Made by a program: the position numbers and the translations under genes. A model generated the notes under the pieces. That model saw only the letters and a program-made list of their open reading frames with translations, was not told the DNA's origin and did not search any database. Shown in pieces: positions 21,839-31,704 of a stretch of DNA of 36,458 bases (the first letter of the stretch is position 1; each line of letters begins with the position of its first letter). The stretch lies in the sequence record SRR31156797_14023. One strand, given 5' to 3'.

Positions 21839-22996
21839 TTAATCAGTCACATCCACTGTTGAGCCGTTCCAGGCCAACATATAGACTTTTTTGCTTTGGC
21901 TACGGTCATTTTTCTCTCCCCCCACAATTAACACTCCCTGTTTCGTTGTAAATGAAGCGCCATAAGCTAACCCTTCAGGAAGGTTATTAATGGTTGACCA
22001 CAGGCCTTCTTTCTCTACATAGATTTCTGGGTTAAATGCCTTAGCCAGCCCCGAATGAGCGAACATGTTTCCGCTTTCAAACGCAGCTTTTGCGCCATGA
22101 AAGTTCGCGCCACCAGCAACAATCGTCACGCCATTGCTCTTACCTGCAAAAGCTCCAGCAACCCCCTCTTGCACTGTTCCGGGTGTAGGTGCAGGTAACG
22201 AATGTAAACTGGTCCACGGCTGTTCTTTACCATACTGGTATTGCTTAACTTCTGCGGTTCTTAACCCAGGCTTAATCTCACCACTTATTAGTGTTGCTGT
22301 GAGACCATTGGTAACTAGCGCGCTCCCACAGTTAGCAAAATAAGGTGACGTTCCCACGGTACTCCAAGTTTGCGTCTCTGGCTGATAACTCAATACGTTT
22401 CGGTTCCATAGATAATCGGCTGGTTTCATTCCCATATAGTCATCGACAATTTTTTGCCAAGCCTCTGGAGAAGCTTTCTTATCGGTGGTCGTTACATCAT
22501 GCAAGTAGCTATCGAAGTACTCTTTGTTGTATCCGCCAAAGAAGATGATTTTTTTGTTGTCAGGCGAATAGGAAGAAGCTCCTAACAAACCTATTGGAGC
22601 AGAGGTATTTACTTGGCCCCAAGAATCATTTTGGGCGTCGTACTGGTAAACAGCATTGAACAAGATGGGTGAAACATCTGACTCGTTAACTTTACCCGAA
22701 CCGCCAAACACATAGATTTGCTCACCAACAACGGATGCTGTTGCACCGCTTCTGGCAGAGCCAGTGAAAAATGCTTTTTGCTGCCACCCTGCTGACAAAT
22801 TCTTCAAATCAAGCATGTAAAATTGCTTACCCGCAGAACCCAGCCCTACAAAAACTTTATCTCCCAACTGAGCACTGATTCCATTTTTGATACCAATGGG
22901 TAGATCTGGCCAATGGTTATCAGCGTAGGCGTTGATACTAAAAACAGTAGATAGTGCAAGCAAAGGTGTACAAATTAAGTGGGTCTTTATCGTCAT
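21839..22996 (-). CDS. nanM: Periplasmic N-acetylneuraminate epimerase (mutarotase)
   Basis: Signal peptide ending [31 protein letters not shown]; within the nan cluster. Confidence 0.92.
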   Translation of the reverse strand: MTIKTHLICTPLLALSTVFSINAYADNHWPDLPIGIKNGISAQLGDKVFVGLGSAGKQFYMLDLKNLSAGWQQKAFFTGSARSGATASVVGEQIYVFGGSGKVNESDVSPILFNAVYQYDAQNDSWGQVNTSAPIGLLGASSYSPDNKKIIFFGGYNKEYFDSYLHDVTTTDKKASPEAWQKIVDDYMGMKPADYLWNRNVLSYQPETQTWSTVGTSPYFANCGSALVTNGLTATLISGEIKPGLRTAEVKQYQYGKEQPWTSLHSLPAPTPGTVQEGVAGAFAGKSNGVTIVAGGANFHGAKAAFESGNMFAHSGLAKAFNPEIYVEKEGLWSTINNLPEGLAYGASFTTKQGVLIVGGEKNDRSQSKKVYMLAWNGSTVDVTD

Positions 22997-23159
22997 TATT
23001 TTTTCCTTGTTAATTTATGAGCCGTACTGCGTGATATCTACCACTAGCCTGATGGCTGTTAACCACCTGTTTTGTTTAAGTTTCAGACTTATTATTGATC
23101 AATAAAAAAATATTTCTTTGATCAATATAACAATAAAAAATATTTTTATTTAACTATAT

Positions 23160-23188
23160 AAAAAAGGCCCATATAAAATGAGCCATTT
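23160..23188 (-). terminator. Terminator after nanR
   Basis: Minus strand GGCTCAT-tttat-ATGGGCC followed by TTTTTT. Confidence 0.6.
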
Positions 23189-23217
23189 CTAAATAATAGT
23201 TAAATCAATAAGATAAG

Positions 23218-24051
23218 TTAGTCCATTAAAGGAAGAACAACCTCGGCAGTTTCAAAAACTGACTCCGAGTATTCGGGATAGATATCCAAAAGCGTATTAA
23301 TCAAAGCATCAACCAACAAAAGTGCTCCGACTTTAGAAGAGAATGCGCCCCCCGTCAGTGGCCCCTCAGGACGTGCAGCAACGAGCATTTCATCTGAAAT
23401 GGAGGACAACGGGCTATGGCTTATATTGGTCAAAGACACCACAGGGACACCGCGCTTATGCGCCTGAGAAGCAGCATGAATCACCTCTTTTGTCGTACCT
23501 GAGCTCGAGACAGAAAACCATATATCGCCATTTGTGCTTCGACGTGCGCTCATCGCAGCCAGGTGAGTATCCTCATACATAATGGCTTTCTTACCAATGC
23601 GAACCAAACGATAAGCAAGGTAACGACCAACAATGCTTGAGGCCCCAACGCCGACACATCCGATGAATTGTGCTTTATGAATCAGTTCACAAATACGTTT
23701 TAAAGAATTTCTATCGATTAGCTTTGCTGTATCAAGCAGGCTTTCTACCGCACTTTGAGCAGATACATCACAGATATCGCCATCAATCTTAGGCTGTGAA
23801 TTATTTGCAGACTGACTCAAATCAACCGCTAACGCCATTCTAAAATCTGAATAGCCTTTGTACCCCATATCTCTGCAAAGGCGAACGACAGTGGCTTCAC
23901 TCGTTTTAGTATTTCGAGCTAAATCAGTAATGGTTTGATACTGAACATCATGTGCATTTTCCAACACATAATCAGCAACCAATCTGAGTTTTTTACTTAA
24001 CGGTTCAATATTTGAACGCAACCGAACCAGTAAGTTTTTAGGCAAATTCAC
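23218..24051 (-). CDS. nanR: RpiR-family repressor of the nan genes (Vibrio-type NanR)
   Basis: HTH TITDLARNTKTSEATVVRLCRDMGYKGYSDFR plus SIS domain (GVGAS, SSSGTT); directly downstream of nanA; GTG start. Confidence 0.92.
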   Translation of the reverse strand: MNLPKNLLVRLRSNIEPLSKKLRLVADYVLENAHDVQYQTITDLARNTKTSEATVVRLCRDMGYKGYSDFRMALAVDLSQSANNSQPKIDGDICDVSAQSAVESLLDTAKLIDRNSLKRICELIHKAQFIGCVGVGASSIVGRYLAYRLVRIGKKAIMYEDTHLAAMSARRSTNGDIWFSVSSSGTTKEVIHAASQAHKRGVPVVSLTNISHSPLSSISDEMLVAARPEGPLTGGAFSSKVGALLLVDALINTLLDIYPEYSESVFETAEVVLPLMD

Positions 24052-24148
24052 GGGGTATCCTTAACAATAATTTGGCTACTCATAAAGTATCAAAGACCTC
24101 AATCTATTAATACACTATCTCAATGATTTGTTTCTAAATTCTTAAATT

Positions 24149-24171
24149 TAAGGGGAGTCCGACTCCCCTTA
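24149..24171 (-). terminator. Hairpin after nanA
   Basis: TAAGGGGAGTC-c-GACTCCCCTTA, near-perfect palindrome. Confidence 0.65.
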
Positions 24172-24181
24172 TTGACAAGAA

Positions 24182-25081
24182 TCAAGATAACGACATAAAC
24201 CCGGCATCTTTCATCTTCGCGAGCACGTCTGCTTTTTGCTTCTCTGTTAACGAGCGAATTGGCTGACGCGGGTTACCAGCATCAATACCGTGCAATTGCA
24301 TCGCGACTTTACCAGCGGCAACCCCACCGTATTCAACCAATACTCGAATGATTGCAATAACTTTATCCATCAGTGCTGCTACTTCTTCCTGCTTACCCTG
24401 ATTGAACGCTTCGATAATTTTAAGATACAGAGGAGCCGCATAGTTGTACGTACTGCCTACTGCACCCACTGCACCCACTGCAAGGCCTGCAGGCAAAAAC
24501 TCATCCACACCAAATGGCACGTCAAACTTACCATTAGACACGCGCACACAACGCTGATACTCATACAAGTCAACATTATTAAATTTAGCGCCAGACAGGT
24601 TCGGTATGCGTTGCTCACCTTTAATCAGAAACTGTTCCAAGTCCAGATTTACACCCGACATTCCAGAGTGGTAGTAGTAAAAACCTTTTGAGGGAGCTGC
24701 GGCTGCAATTTGGGCGCAGTATTCAACTAAATCATCAACACTGCCCGGTTTGAAGAAACAAGGACCAATCGCTGATGTTGCCAAAATATCCAGGGTTTCA
24801 GCATGCTCGGTTAACTCAATGGAATCAACAATGCTTAAAGCACCGGTGTGAAGAATCAAGTCAAGTTTACCGCCCGCCGCTTTTACCCAACGCTCAGCAA
24901 TCGCTTTACGCTCTTCTACCGAACAGTGGATACCTTCACCGGTCGTGCCACAAACGTAAGCACCTTTTACACCCTGCTCAATCAATAGCTCTGCAATTTG
25001 GTCGATTGCGCCAAAGTTAACCTTATTGTCCGCTGTAAATGGAGTATGCGGAGCAGCAATTAGGCCAGTTAATTTTTTCAT
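24182..25081 (-). CDS. nanA: N-acetylneuraminate lyase
   Basis: DapA/NanA fold: GTTGEG, Schiff-base Lys in GAKF, GAVGSTYNY; cluster context. Confidence 0.95.
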   Translation of the reverse strand: MKKLTGLIAAPHTPFTADNKVNFGAIDQIAELLIEQGVKGAYVCGTTGEGIHCSVEERKAIAERWVKAAGGKLDLILHTGALSIVDSIELTEHAETLDILATSAIGPCFFKPGSVDDLVEYCAQIAAAAPSKGFYYYHSGMSGVNLDLEQFLIKGEQRIPNLSGAKFNNVDLYEYQRCVRVSNGKFDVPFGVDEFLPAGLAVGAVGAVGSTYNYAAPLYLKIIEAFNQGKQEEVAALMDKVIAIIRVLVEYGGVAAGKVAMQLHGIDAGNPRQPIRSLTEKQKADVLAKMKDAGFMSLS

Positions 25082-25118
25082 TTCATTTACCTTAATAATT
25101 TAATTTGCAGTCGCCAAA

Positions 25119-26402
25119 CTACTGTCCGTAACCTAAGAATATTTCAGGTAGTAGTAGGGTGAATTGAGGGAAGATCGCTACCAGTGCCAATACAATAAAC
25201 AAAGGAACGAGTAATGGCACAACACCGCGAGTTAGCGTATGGAATGGAATATCACCAACGCGTGATACCACATACAGAGCCATACCCATTGGAGGTGTTA
25301 AAATACCGATCATCAGGTTGAGAATCGCCATCACACCGAAGTGTACCGGGTCAATACCAACGGCAGCGGCAACAGGGACTAAGAAAGGTACTAACAGCAA
25401 TAGCAAAGCTAAAGATTCGATAAACGTACCCAAGAACAACAGCAACAAGTTGATAAGAAGCAATAAAACCAACGGGTTATCACTAATGGTCAGGAAGTAG
25501 TCCGCTAGCATCTGAGGTAATTGTTCACGAGCAACAATCCAACCAAACACGGTTACACCCATCACCATTAACGCAACAACTGCCGTCGTGTTTACCGTCT
25601 CTTTTAGAATGTCGACCAAACTGCTTAGGGTAAGTTGCTTGTAAACCACCAGACCCAAGAACAAAGCATACAGCGATGAAACAACTGCCGCTTCTGTCGG
25701 CGTAAACTTGCCAGAGAAAATACCACCGATGATGATCACAGGTGTTAACAGGGACAAAAATGCTTCTTTAAACGATTTCAACTGTTCACGACGAGTCGCT
25801 TTTGGCAGAGTCATGTAGCCACGTTTTTTACAGATGAAGTAGCTCATGGCCATCAACGCGACACAACATAAAAGCCCTGGTATTGCACCCGCTAAAAATA
25901 AAGCGCCGATGGATGTGTTTGACACCACACCATATATTACCAATGGAACTGAAGGGGGAACTAAAGGACCAATAATACAAGATGCGGCCGTCAAGCCACC
26001 GGCAAAATCGTCGTGATACTTCGCATCACGCATAGATTTAATCTCAAGTTGGCCTAAGCCACCAGCGTCAGCCAGAGCCGATCCAGACATACCTGAGAAC
26101 AATAAACTAGCCATGATATTTACATGTCCCAGGCTGCCTGTTATATGGCCCACCAGAGATTTAGCGAAATTAAAGATTCGTTCAGTAATACCCGCACTGT
26201 TCATCAAGTGCCCAGTCAAAACAAAGAACGGCACCGCTAATAAAGTAAAATTATCAATACCACCGATCATTTGCTGGGCGGCAAAGTTAATACCCGTGCT
26301 ATTGGTTAACACCAAAAAAGCCAGAGCAACAAAGATCAATGAAAACCCGACTGGCATACCGGCAAAGAGTAAAGCGAGCCAGCCAAATATTGAACCAACC
26401 AT
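25119..26402 (-). CDS. siaM: Sialic acid TRAP transporter, large permease
   Basis: DctM motifs LLAVPFFVLTG, SGSALAD, IIGPLVPPS, TPTEAA, GILTPPMG. Confidence 0.95.
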   Translation of the reverse strand: MVGSIFGWLALLFAGMPVGFSLIFVALAFLVLTNSTGINFAAQQMIGGIDNFTLLAVPFFVLTGHLMNSAGITERIFNFAKSLVGHITGSLGHVNIMASLLFSGMSGSALADAGGLGQLEIKSMRDAKYHDDFAGGLTAASCIIGPLVPPSVPLVIYGVVSNTSIGALFLAGAIPGLLCCVALMAMSYFICKKRGYMTLPKATRREQLKSFKEAFLSLLTPVIIIGGIFSGKFTPTEAAVVSSLYALFLGLVVYKQLTLSSLVDILKETVNTTAVVALMVMGVTVFGWIVAREQLPQMLADYFLTISDNPLVLLLLINLLLLFLGTFIESLALLLLLVPFLVPVAAAVGIDPVHFGVMAILNLMIGILTPPMGMALYVVSRVGDIPFHTLTRGVVPLLVPLFIVLALVAIFPQFTLLLPEIFLGYGQ

Positions 26403-26404
26403 AA

Positions 26405-26917
26405 TTAAGACCTCTCTGCGATTTGAGAATCAGTCTCGGATGCAGCTTTACTGCAGCCACAGAACTGTTTCGAAAGATGTAACATTTTTTCAAGCTGTCT
26501 GAAAACCATGAATACTCCGCCAAGCGGCAAGCTATAGTTCATCCAACTACTAGAGACCCCTAATGTGATGAGTTCAAAGAACGCGTTACGCTGAACGTGT
26601 TGGTACCCTAGATAAATAATCGCGATGATAGAAACCAGAACCGCCAGCTCTAGTGATAAAACCAGACATAAGCGGATTTTTTCCGGCAGTTTGTCTGAAA
26701 AGAAAGTGATGTTGACGTGTGAACTGCGTTTTATCGCTATCGCACATCCTACTAACGACATATACATAAATAGAACTCTCGCGAGCTCTTCACTCCACAA
26801 AGAAGGATCATTCAGTAACCAACGTGTACCAATCTGCCAGGTTAGAACAACTAACAGACCCGCCATTAAAGGCACTGTAATGATTTCTTCAATATTATTG
26901 ACTATCTTACGTAGCAT
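26405..26917 (-). CDS. siaQ: Sialic acid TRAP transporter, small permease
   Basis: DctQ motif WSEELAR...HVNI; start at 26917 (GGAG RBS) preferred, 26929 possible. Confidence 0.93.
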   Translation of the reverse strand: MLRKIVNNIEEIITVPLMAGLLVVLTWQIGTRWLLNDPSLWSEELARVLFMYMSLVGCAIAIKRSSHVNITFFSDKLPEKIRLCLVLSLELAVLVSIIAIIYLGYQHVQRNAFFELITLGVSSSWMNYSLPLGGVFMVFRQLEKMLHLSKQFCGCSKAASETDSQIAERS

Positions 26918-26978
26918 CTTAAGCTCCATAGCTGGCCAACAAGGCCAGCTAAATGTTGAGGTTGATAAATCAACCCGT

Positions 26979-27944
26979 TTACATTGCTGCTAATTTCTCA
27001 ACAATCGGTTGACCAACCTTTTCTTCAAACTCTTTGTATAGTGGTTGCATTGCTTCACGGAACGGCGCTAAGTCAGGATACGTGACATTCACACCCTCTT
27101 TTTCAAAGAAAGAAACTAACTCTGCTTCTTGTTTTTTCACCGTTGAAGTATGTGCTTCACCCGCTTTTTTCACGGCTTTTTGCACAATTTCTTTTTCTTC
27201 ATCTGACAATTTCTGCCATGTAGAGTCAGAGATAATAACCATTTGGTCATTAACAATATGGTTAGTCATGGCTAAGTTCTCCTGAACTTCATAGAACTTC
27301 ATGGTTTTGATCGTTGGTAGTGGGTTTTCCTGACCATCTACTGCATTAGTTTGAAGTGCTAAATAGACTTCCGAAAACGCCATTGGTGTTGGTGAAGCAC
27401 CAGACAACTTTGCGTAGTTAAGGTTAGGTTTCGCATTTGGCACACGTAATTTCAGACCTTTGAAGTCTGCAATTGAGTTAAGTGGGCGGTTAGAAGTGGT
27501 TTCTCGTGTACCGTTATACCAAGTATCAAGCGCTCGCCAGCTAAACTTTGTTAGCATCTCTTCACGAACACCTTGACCGAAATCAGAATCAAACATACGA
27601 CGTAAGTGATCAAAATCGCGAGCAACGTATGGAAGTGTTACTGCTTCAGCGCGTGGAATCCATAACCCCATACGGCCAAATTCAGCGTAAGTGAAATCTA
27701 AGTCGCCCATGCTTAGTTGCTGAAGCATTGCGCGGTCATCACCCAATTGAGCACTTGGATAAAGAGAGAGTTTCAACTCACCGTTACTCATTTCGTCTAA
27801 CGTATCTGCCAGCATTTTTGCTGAGTTGTACTCAACAGAACCGACAGAAGCTTGCATACCCATCTTTAGAGTCGTTGCAGCTTGAGTCGAAATAGCACAC
27901 CCCAAAGTCAGCATTGCGATAGTAATTTTATTAATGGCTTTCAT
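26979..27944 (-). CDS. siaP: Sialic acid TRAP transporter, periplasmic binding protein
   Basis: Signal peptide, YPSAQLGDDRAML, YNGTRETTSNR, KGLKLRVP, FSEVYLALQTNAVDGQENP. Confidence 0.96.
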   Translation of the reverse strand: MKAINKITIAMLTLGCAISTQAATTLKMGMQASVGSVEYNSAKMLADTLDEMSNGELKLSLYPSAQLGDDRAMLQQLSMGDLDFTYAEFGRMGLWIPRAEAVTLPYVARDFDHLRRMFDSDFGQGVREEMLTKFSWRALDTWYNGTRETTSNRPLNSIADFKGLKLRVPNAKPNLNYAKLSGASPTPMAFSEVYLALQTNAVDGQENPLPTIKTMKFYEVQENLAMTNHIVNDQMVIISDSTWQKLSDEEKEIVQKAVKKAGEAHTSTVKKQEAELVSFFEKEGVNVTYPDLAPFREAMQPLYKEFEEKVGQPIVEKLAAM

Positions 27945-28008
27945 GTTATTCCCTTTATTTATTCGTGTTACACCTTACTTCACCATTTTCAAAAAAAAAT
28001 TTTATTTT

Positions 28009-28063
28009 GTTTGAAAAAAATCTTCGTTATGAATTATCATTGTCGTGAAGATTATTTTCAAAC
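28009..28063. promoter_or_regulatory. NanR operator in the divergent siaP/nanE promoter region
   Basis: GTTTGAAAAAAATCTTC-N21-GAAGATTATTTTCAAAC, 17-bp inverted repeat with 1 mismatch. NanR is known to bind this intergenic region in V. vulnificus. Confidence 0.8.
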
Positions 28064-28075
28064 CACCTTTTTTCA

Positions 28076-28097
28076 AAATGTGATCGCGAACAAGAAT
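28076..28097. promoter_or_regulatory. CRP-like site
   Basis: AAATGTGATC matches the left half of the CRP consensus exactly; the right half (gcgaacaagaat) is weak. Confidence 0.5.
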
Positions 28098-28181
28098 TGA
28101 TAATTTCTGCCCTTTTGCGAGTGAAGCAAAAAACTCAAACCGTCCTAACTGGATAGGTCGTTCGCGCACAATCAAAAACAA

Positions 28182-28904
28182 ATGAGGCCTGTTGTGAGAG
28201 CACAAAATTTAAATATCGAAGAACTTAGAACATCTTTACAAGGTCAAACCGTTGTCTCCATACAACCGGTGCCTGACAGCCCATTAGATAAAACCGAATT
28301 TATTGTTGCTATGGCGCTCGCAGCAGAACAAGCAGGCGCTAAAGCATTACGAATTGAAGGGGCGAAAAATGTTGCTGCCGTTTCAGACGCGGTGACAATA
28401 CCAATCATTGCTATCGTAAAGAGGGACTTAATCGATAGCCCGGTTCGTATCACACCCTATGTTTCGGATGTCGATGCTCTTGCTAATGCGGGTGCAACTA
28501 TTATCGCTTTTGATGCCACCAACAGAACGCGCCCCGAAAGCCGAGAAACCATTGCTCAGGCAATTAAGGACTCTGGGTGCTTTGCAATGGCTGACTGCTC
28601 TTGCTTCGAAGATGGTTTATGGGCGGATTTGCAAGGGGTTGAAATTATAGGCTCTACCCTGTCAGGATACATTGGTAATGAAGAACCCACAGATCCAGAT
28701 TTTCAACTGGTAGAACGTTTTGCCAACGCTGGCTTCTTCACTATGGCTGAAGGTCGATACAACACTCCAGAGTTAGCAGCAAAAGCTATCCAATCAGGCG
28801 CGGTGGCAGTAACTGTCGGTTCTGCCATTACTCGTTTAGAAGTTGTGACTCAATGGTTTAATAACGCAACGAAAACAGCAGGAGAAAGGAAATGCGCACG
28901 CTAG
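28182..28904 (+). CDS. nanE: N-acetylmannosamine-6-phosphate 2-epimerase
   Basis: [48 protein letters not shown]. Confidence 0.96.
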   Translation: MRPVVRAQNLNIEELRTSLQGQTVVSIQPVPDSPLDKTEFIVAMALAAEQAGAKALRIEGAKNVAAVSDAVTIPIIAIVKRDLIDSPVRITPYVSDVDALANAGATIIAFDATNRTRPESRETIAQAIKDSGCFAMADCSCFEDGLWADLQGVEIIGSTLSGYIGNEEPTDPDFQLVERFANAGFFTMAEGRYNTPELAAKAIQSGAVAVTVGSAITRLEVVTQWFNNATKTAGERKCAR

Positions 28905-29755
28905 CGATCGATATCGGCGGCACTAAAGTCGCTTTAGGTATAGTAGAAAGCGGAACTCTTGTTAAAAGGCATCAATTGGAAACTCCTGAATCGCAAGATG
29001 TCGTCCAGTTTACTCAAACCATCCTTGAAGATATTCAAGACTGGATTTCTGAAGTCGACAATATCGGCGTATCCACTACAGGGTTTGTCACTAAAGCTGG
29101 GATCACTGCCATTAACCCAGATACACTTAATTTCCCTACGCCTTTCCCTCTTGCTCAAGAGTTAGCAAACCAGACAAATAAACCCGTCAAGATGCTAAAC
29201 GATGCTCAAGCGGCAGCCTGGTATGAGTATACCCAATTAAATAGTGCCTCTCTGAACATGGCATTTATTACGGTATCTACGGGAGTCGGTGGCGGCATCA
29301 TTATTGATGGAAAACTTCATCAGGGGCATTCTGGCCTTGCAGGGCATATCGGCCACATGTCTATTGATATCAACGGTATAAAGTGTGGATGCGGCCAAGT
29401 TGGTTGCGTGGAATCGATTGCCTCTGGAACCGCGATTAAAAAATTGAGTGACGATCTTTACCAGCCACCAATAACCAACGTTGAGCTCTTTGAACGCGCA
29501 CCCAATGATCCAATGGCTGAATCCGTTATTGCTAAAAGCGCTCAGGCAATTGCCGCATTATGTTGCAACTTGAAAGCAGGACTAGATCTGGATGTGATTG
29601 TTCTGGGTGGTGGAATTGGTTTTGCTCACGGGTATTTAGACCGAGTAAATGAAGCGATTCAAAGTCATCCTCCGGTGTTTCAAATCCCGGTTATTGCAGC
29701 CAAAGGCAACTACGATGCTTGTTTGCTAGGCGCTGCTTTTCAGTTTAAGGAGTAA
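28892..29755 (+). CDS. nanK: N-acetylmannosamine kinase (ROK family)
   Basis: [43 protein letters not shown]. Confidence 0.96.
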   Translation: MRTLAIDIGGTKVALGIVESGTLVKRHQLETPESQDVVQFTQTILEDIQDWISEVDNIGVSTTGFVTKAGITAINPDTLNFPTPFPLAQELANQTNKPVKMLNDAQAAAWYEYTQLNSASLNMAFITVSTGVGGGIIIDGKLHQGHSGLAGHIGHMSIDINGIKCGCGQVGCVESIASGTAIKKLSDDLYQPPITNVELFERAPNDPMAESVIAKSAQAIAALCCNLKAGLDLDVIVLGGGIGFAHGYLDRVNEAIQSHPPVFQIPVIAAKGNYDACLLGAAFQFKE

Positions 29756-29758
29756 TCG

Positions 29759-30892
29759 ATGGCACTAAATGCAATCTCAGCAAAGCGAATCTTTGACGGT
29801 ACTCATTATCACCAAGATGCAGCACTGGTTTGGGAAGGTAGTACGATTAAGGGCATTGTTCCACTGTCTGAACTTCCTACAGATATTGAGCATCAGCACT
29901 TCGAAGATTCGCTCATTGCTCCGGGTTTTATCGATCTTCAGGTCAACGGCGGTGGCGATATAATGTTCAACAATGATATTAGCCCTAATGGCGTTGATAT
30001 CATCTGCCAAGCTCATCGTAAACACGGGACAGCCTACCTGTTACCCACGCTAATCAGTTCAACCCCAGAGGATATCACCAAGGCCCTTACGGCTATCGAA
30101 ACAGCCATGGACCACAATATCTCTGGTGTATTAGGAATACATTTGGAAGGGCCATGGCTCAATCAAGATAAAAAAGGGGCACATAATTCCGAGCTTTTCT
30201 ATGCCCCGACTCCAGAGCAACTGTCTGAGTTTCCATGGCTATCAAAAGGGAAAACTCTCGTCACTGCAGCAGTAGAAAACCTGTCTGTTGAATCCTTGCA
30301 ATGGCTTAAAGAAAAAGGGGTCACTGTTTCCTGCGGGCACAGTAATGCAAAGGCAGAGCAGTTGCCAAAAGAAAAGACACAACTGATAGAAGGCTTCACT
30401 CATCTTTACAACGCGATGTCTGCTTTTGAAGGTCGTGAGCCTGGTACTGTAGGCACGGCTTTAATGACGGATCATGCTTGGTGTTCAATTATTACCGATG
30501 GCATCCATGTTCACCCTGAAAGCTTCTTGCTGGCGAATCGAATCAAACCGAAAGGCAAGCTCCTTATTGTGACCGATGCAATGGCAACATTGGGCAGTGT
30601 CACCAATCAATTTGTGCTTGATGGCGAAACGATACGTGTCGTCGACAACAAACTCGTGAACAGCAGAGGTAATCTCGCTGGGGCACATATAGGTATGGAT
30701 GAATCCGTAGCCAACGTCATAGAATGGGGAGTGGAAGAGCAAGAGGCATTAAAAATGGCTTCAACCTATCCAGCTCAAGCTATGAAATGCGATGATTTGG
30801 GTTTTCTGAAACCTGGCTATAGAGCTGCGGCTACCGTAATCAGCGCTCAATATCATAGCCAAGCTGTATTGGTTGAGGGAGAACTTTTCTAA
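29759..30892 (+). CDS. nagA: N-acetylglucosamine-6-phosphate deacetylase
   Basis: PGFIDLQVNG, HLEGP, GHS, THLYNAM, DGIHV, VTDAM, LAGA. Confidence 0.96.
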   Translation: MALNAISAKRIFDGTHYHQDAALVWEGSTIKGIVPLSELPTDIEHQHFEDSLIAPGFIDLQVNGGGDIMFNNDISPNGVDIICQAHRKHGTAYLLPTLISSTPEDITKALTAIETAMDHNISGVLGIHLEGPWLNQDKKGAHNSELFYAPTPEQLSEFPWLSKGKTLVTAAVENLSVESLQWLKEKGVTVSCGHSNAKAEQLPKEKTQLIEGFTHLYNAMSAFEGREPGTVGTALMTDHAWCSIITDGIHVHPESFLLANRIKPKGKLLIVTDAMATLGSVTNQFVLDGETIRVVDNKLVNSRGNLAGAHIGMDESVANVIEWGVEEQEALKMASTYPAQAMKCDDLGFLKPGYRAAATVISAQYHSQAVLVEGELF

Positions 30893-30913
30893 TTCCTCAC
30901 ACTCAACAAACGA

Positions 30914-30972
30914 AAAATCGAGAATCTATAAAAGCCCGTTTGTGTTTATATCGCTTTTGTTTTCTCGATTTT
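30914..30972. repeat. Inverted repeat between the convergent nagA and M23 genes
   Basis: AAAATCGAGAA...TTCTCGATTTT (11-bp perfect arms) with an inner AAAAGC/GCTTTT pair. Confidence 0.55.
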
Positions 30973-30995
30973 CTATAGCCGAACCATTATATCGA

Positions 30996-31649
30996 TTACA
31001 ACCCGAGTAAAAATGAAGGATTAGGACAATTGTCGAAAAACTTATCCTTTTCCTCTTCACTGGTTGCTCCGAAGAAGTCGCCCTTCAAACCATACATGTC
31101 CAACATCACTTGCAAATGCAGGTGTGGTGGCCAGCCTCCATTTACAGTTTTGTCTCCCACATAGGCAAAAGCATCACCGCGCTTAATCTTCATTCCTTCG
31201 GATAGTCCGTCGAGGGAATCCAACGAAAGATGACCGTATAAAGAGTAGAAAACCTTGTCTGAGTCTTGATGCTTCAGAATAATAGTAGGGCCATAATCAA
31301 ACGGAAGATCATTACGCTGGAAGCTATGTACAACGCCATCTAGCGGTGCATAGATTTTCGTTCCTGCGTCTACCCAAAGGTCAATTCCCAGATGTAAATC
31401 TCTGGCTTTTTCCGCAGACTGATTTGAGAAATGAGGAGCTGCTCGATAAGTCGCTCTTTTCTCTCCATAACCCCCTATTGCCACTGTTTTGTTGGCAAAC
31501 AAGTGGGATTGAACAAAACCATCCAGATAATCCATATTACTGGTTTTACCAAAATCGATCTGAGGGTTATCTTCGGATAAATCAATCGTTGTCCAGTTTT
31601 CACGCGGGTGTGTATCACCGAAGATAGGAAAATAGTTCTCTGATGTCAT
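30996..31649 (-). CDS. M23-family metallopeptidase-domain protein, no signal peptide
   Basis: Zn motifs HLGID (HxxxD), YGHL, PHLH (HxH). Start moved from 31682 to ATG 31649 with an AAGGA RBS (217 aa). Confidence 0.88.
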   Translation of the reverse strand: MTSENYFPIFGDTHPRENWTTIDLSEDNPQIDFGKTSNMDYLDGFVQSHLFANKTVAIGGYGEKRATYRAAPHFSNQSAEKARDLHLGIDLWVDAGTKIYAPLDGVVHSFQRNDLPFDYGPTIILKHQDSDKVFYSLYGHLSLDSLDGLSEGMKIKRGDAFAYVGDKTVNGGWPPHLHLQVMLDMYGLKGDFFGATSEEEKDKFFDNCPNPSFLLGL

Positions 31650-31704
31650 ATTCGTCCTTGAAAAGTATAAATGGATAGTCACTAACCAAGCTACGCTTGT
31701 TAAC

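Noticed and set aside
27882-28205. Short ORFs (72 aa and 67 aa) in the siaP-nanE spacer
   Set aside because: They overlap the operator/promoter region and neighbouring gene starts; no coding features.
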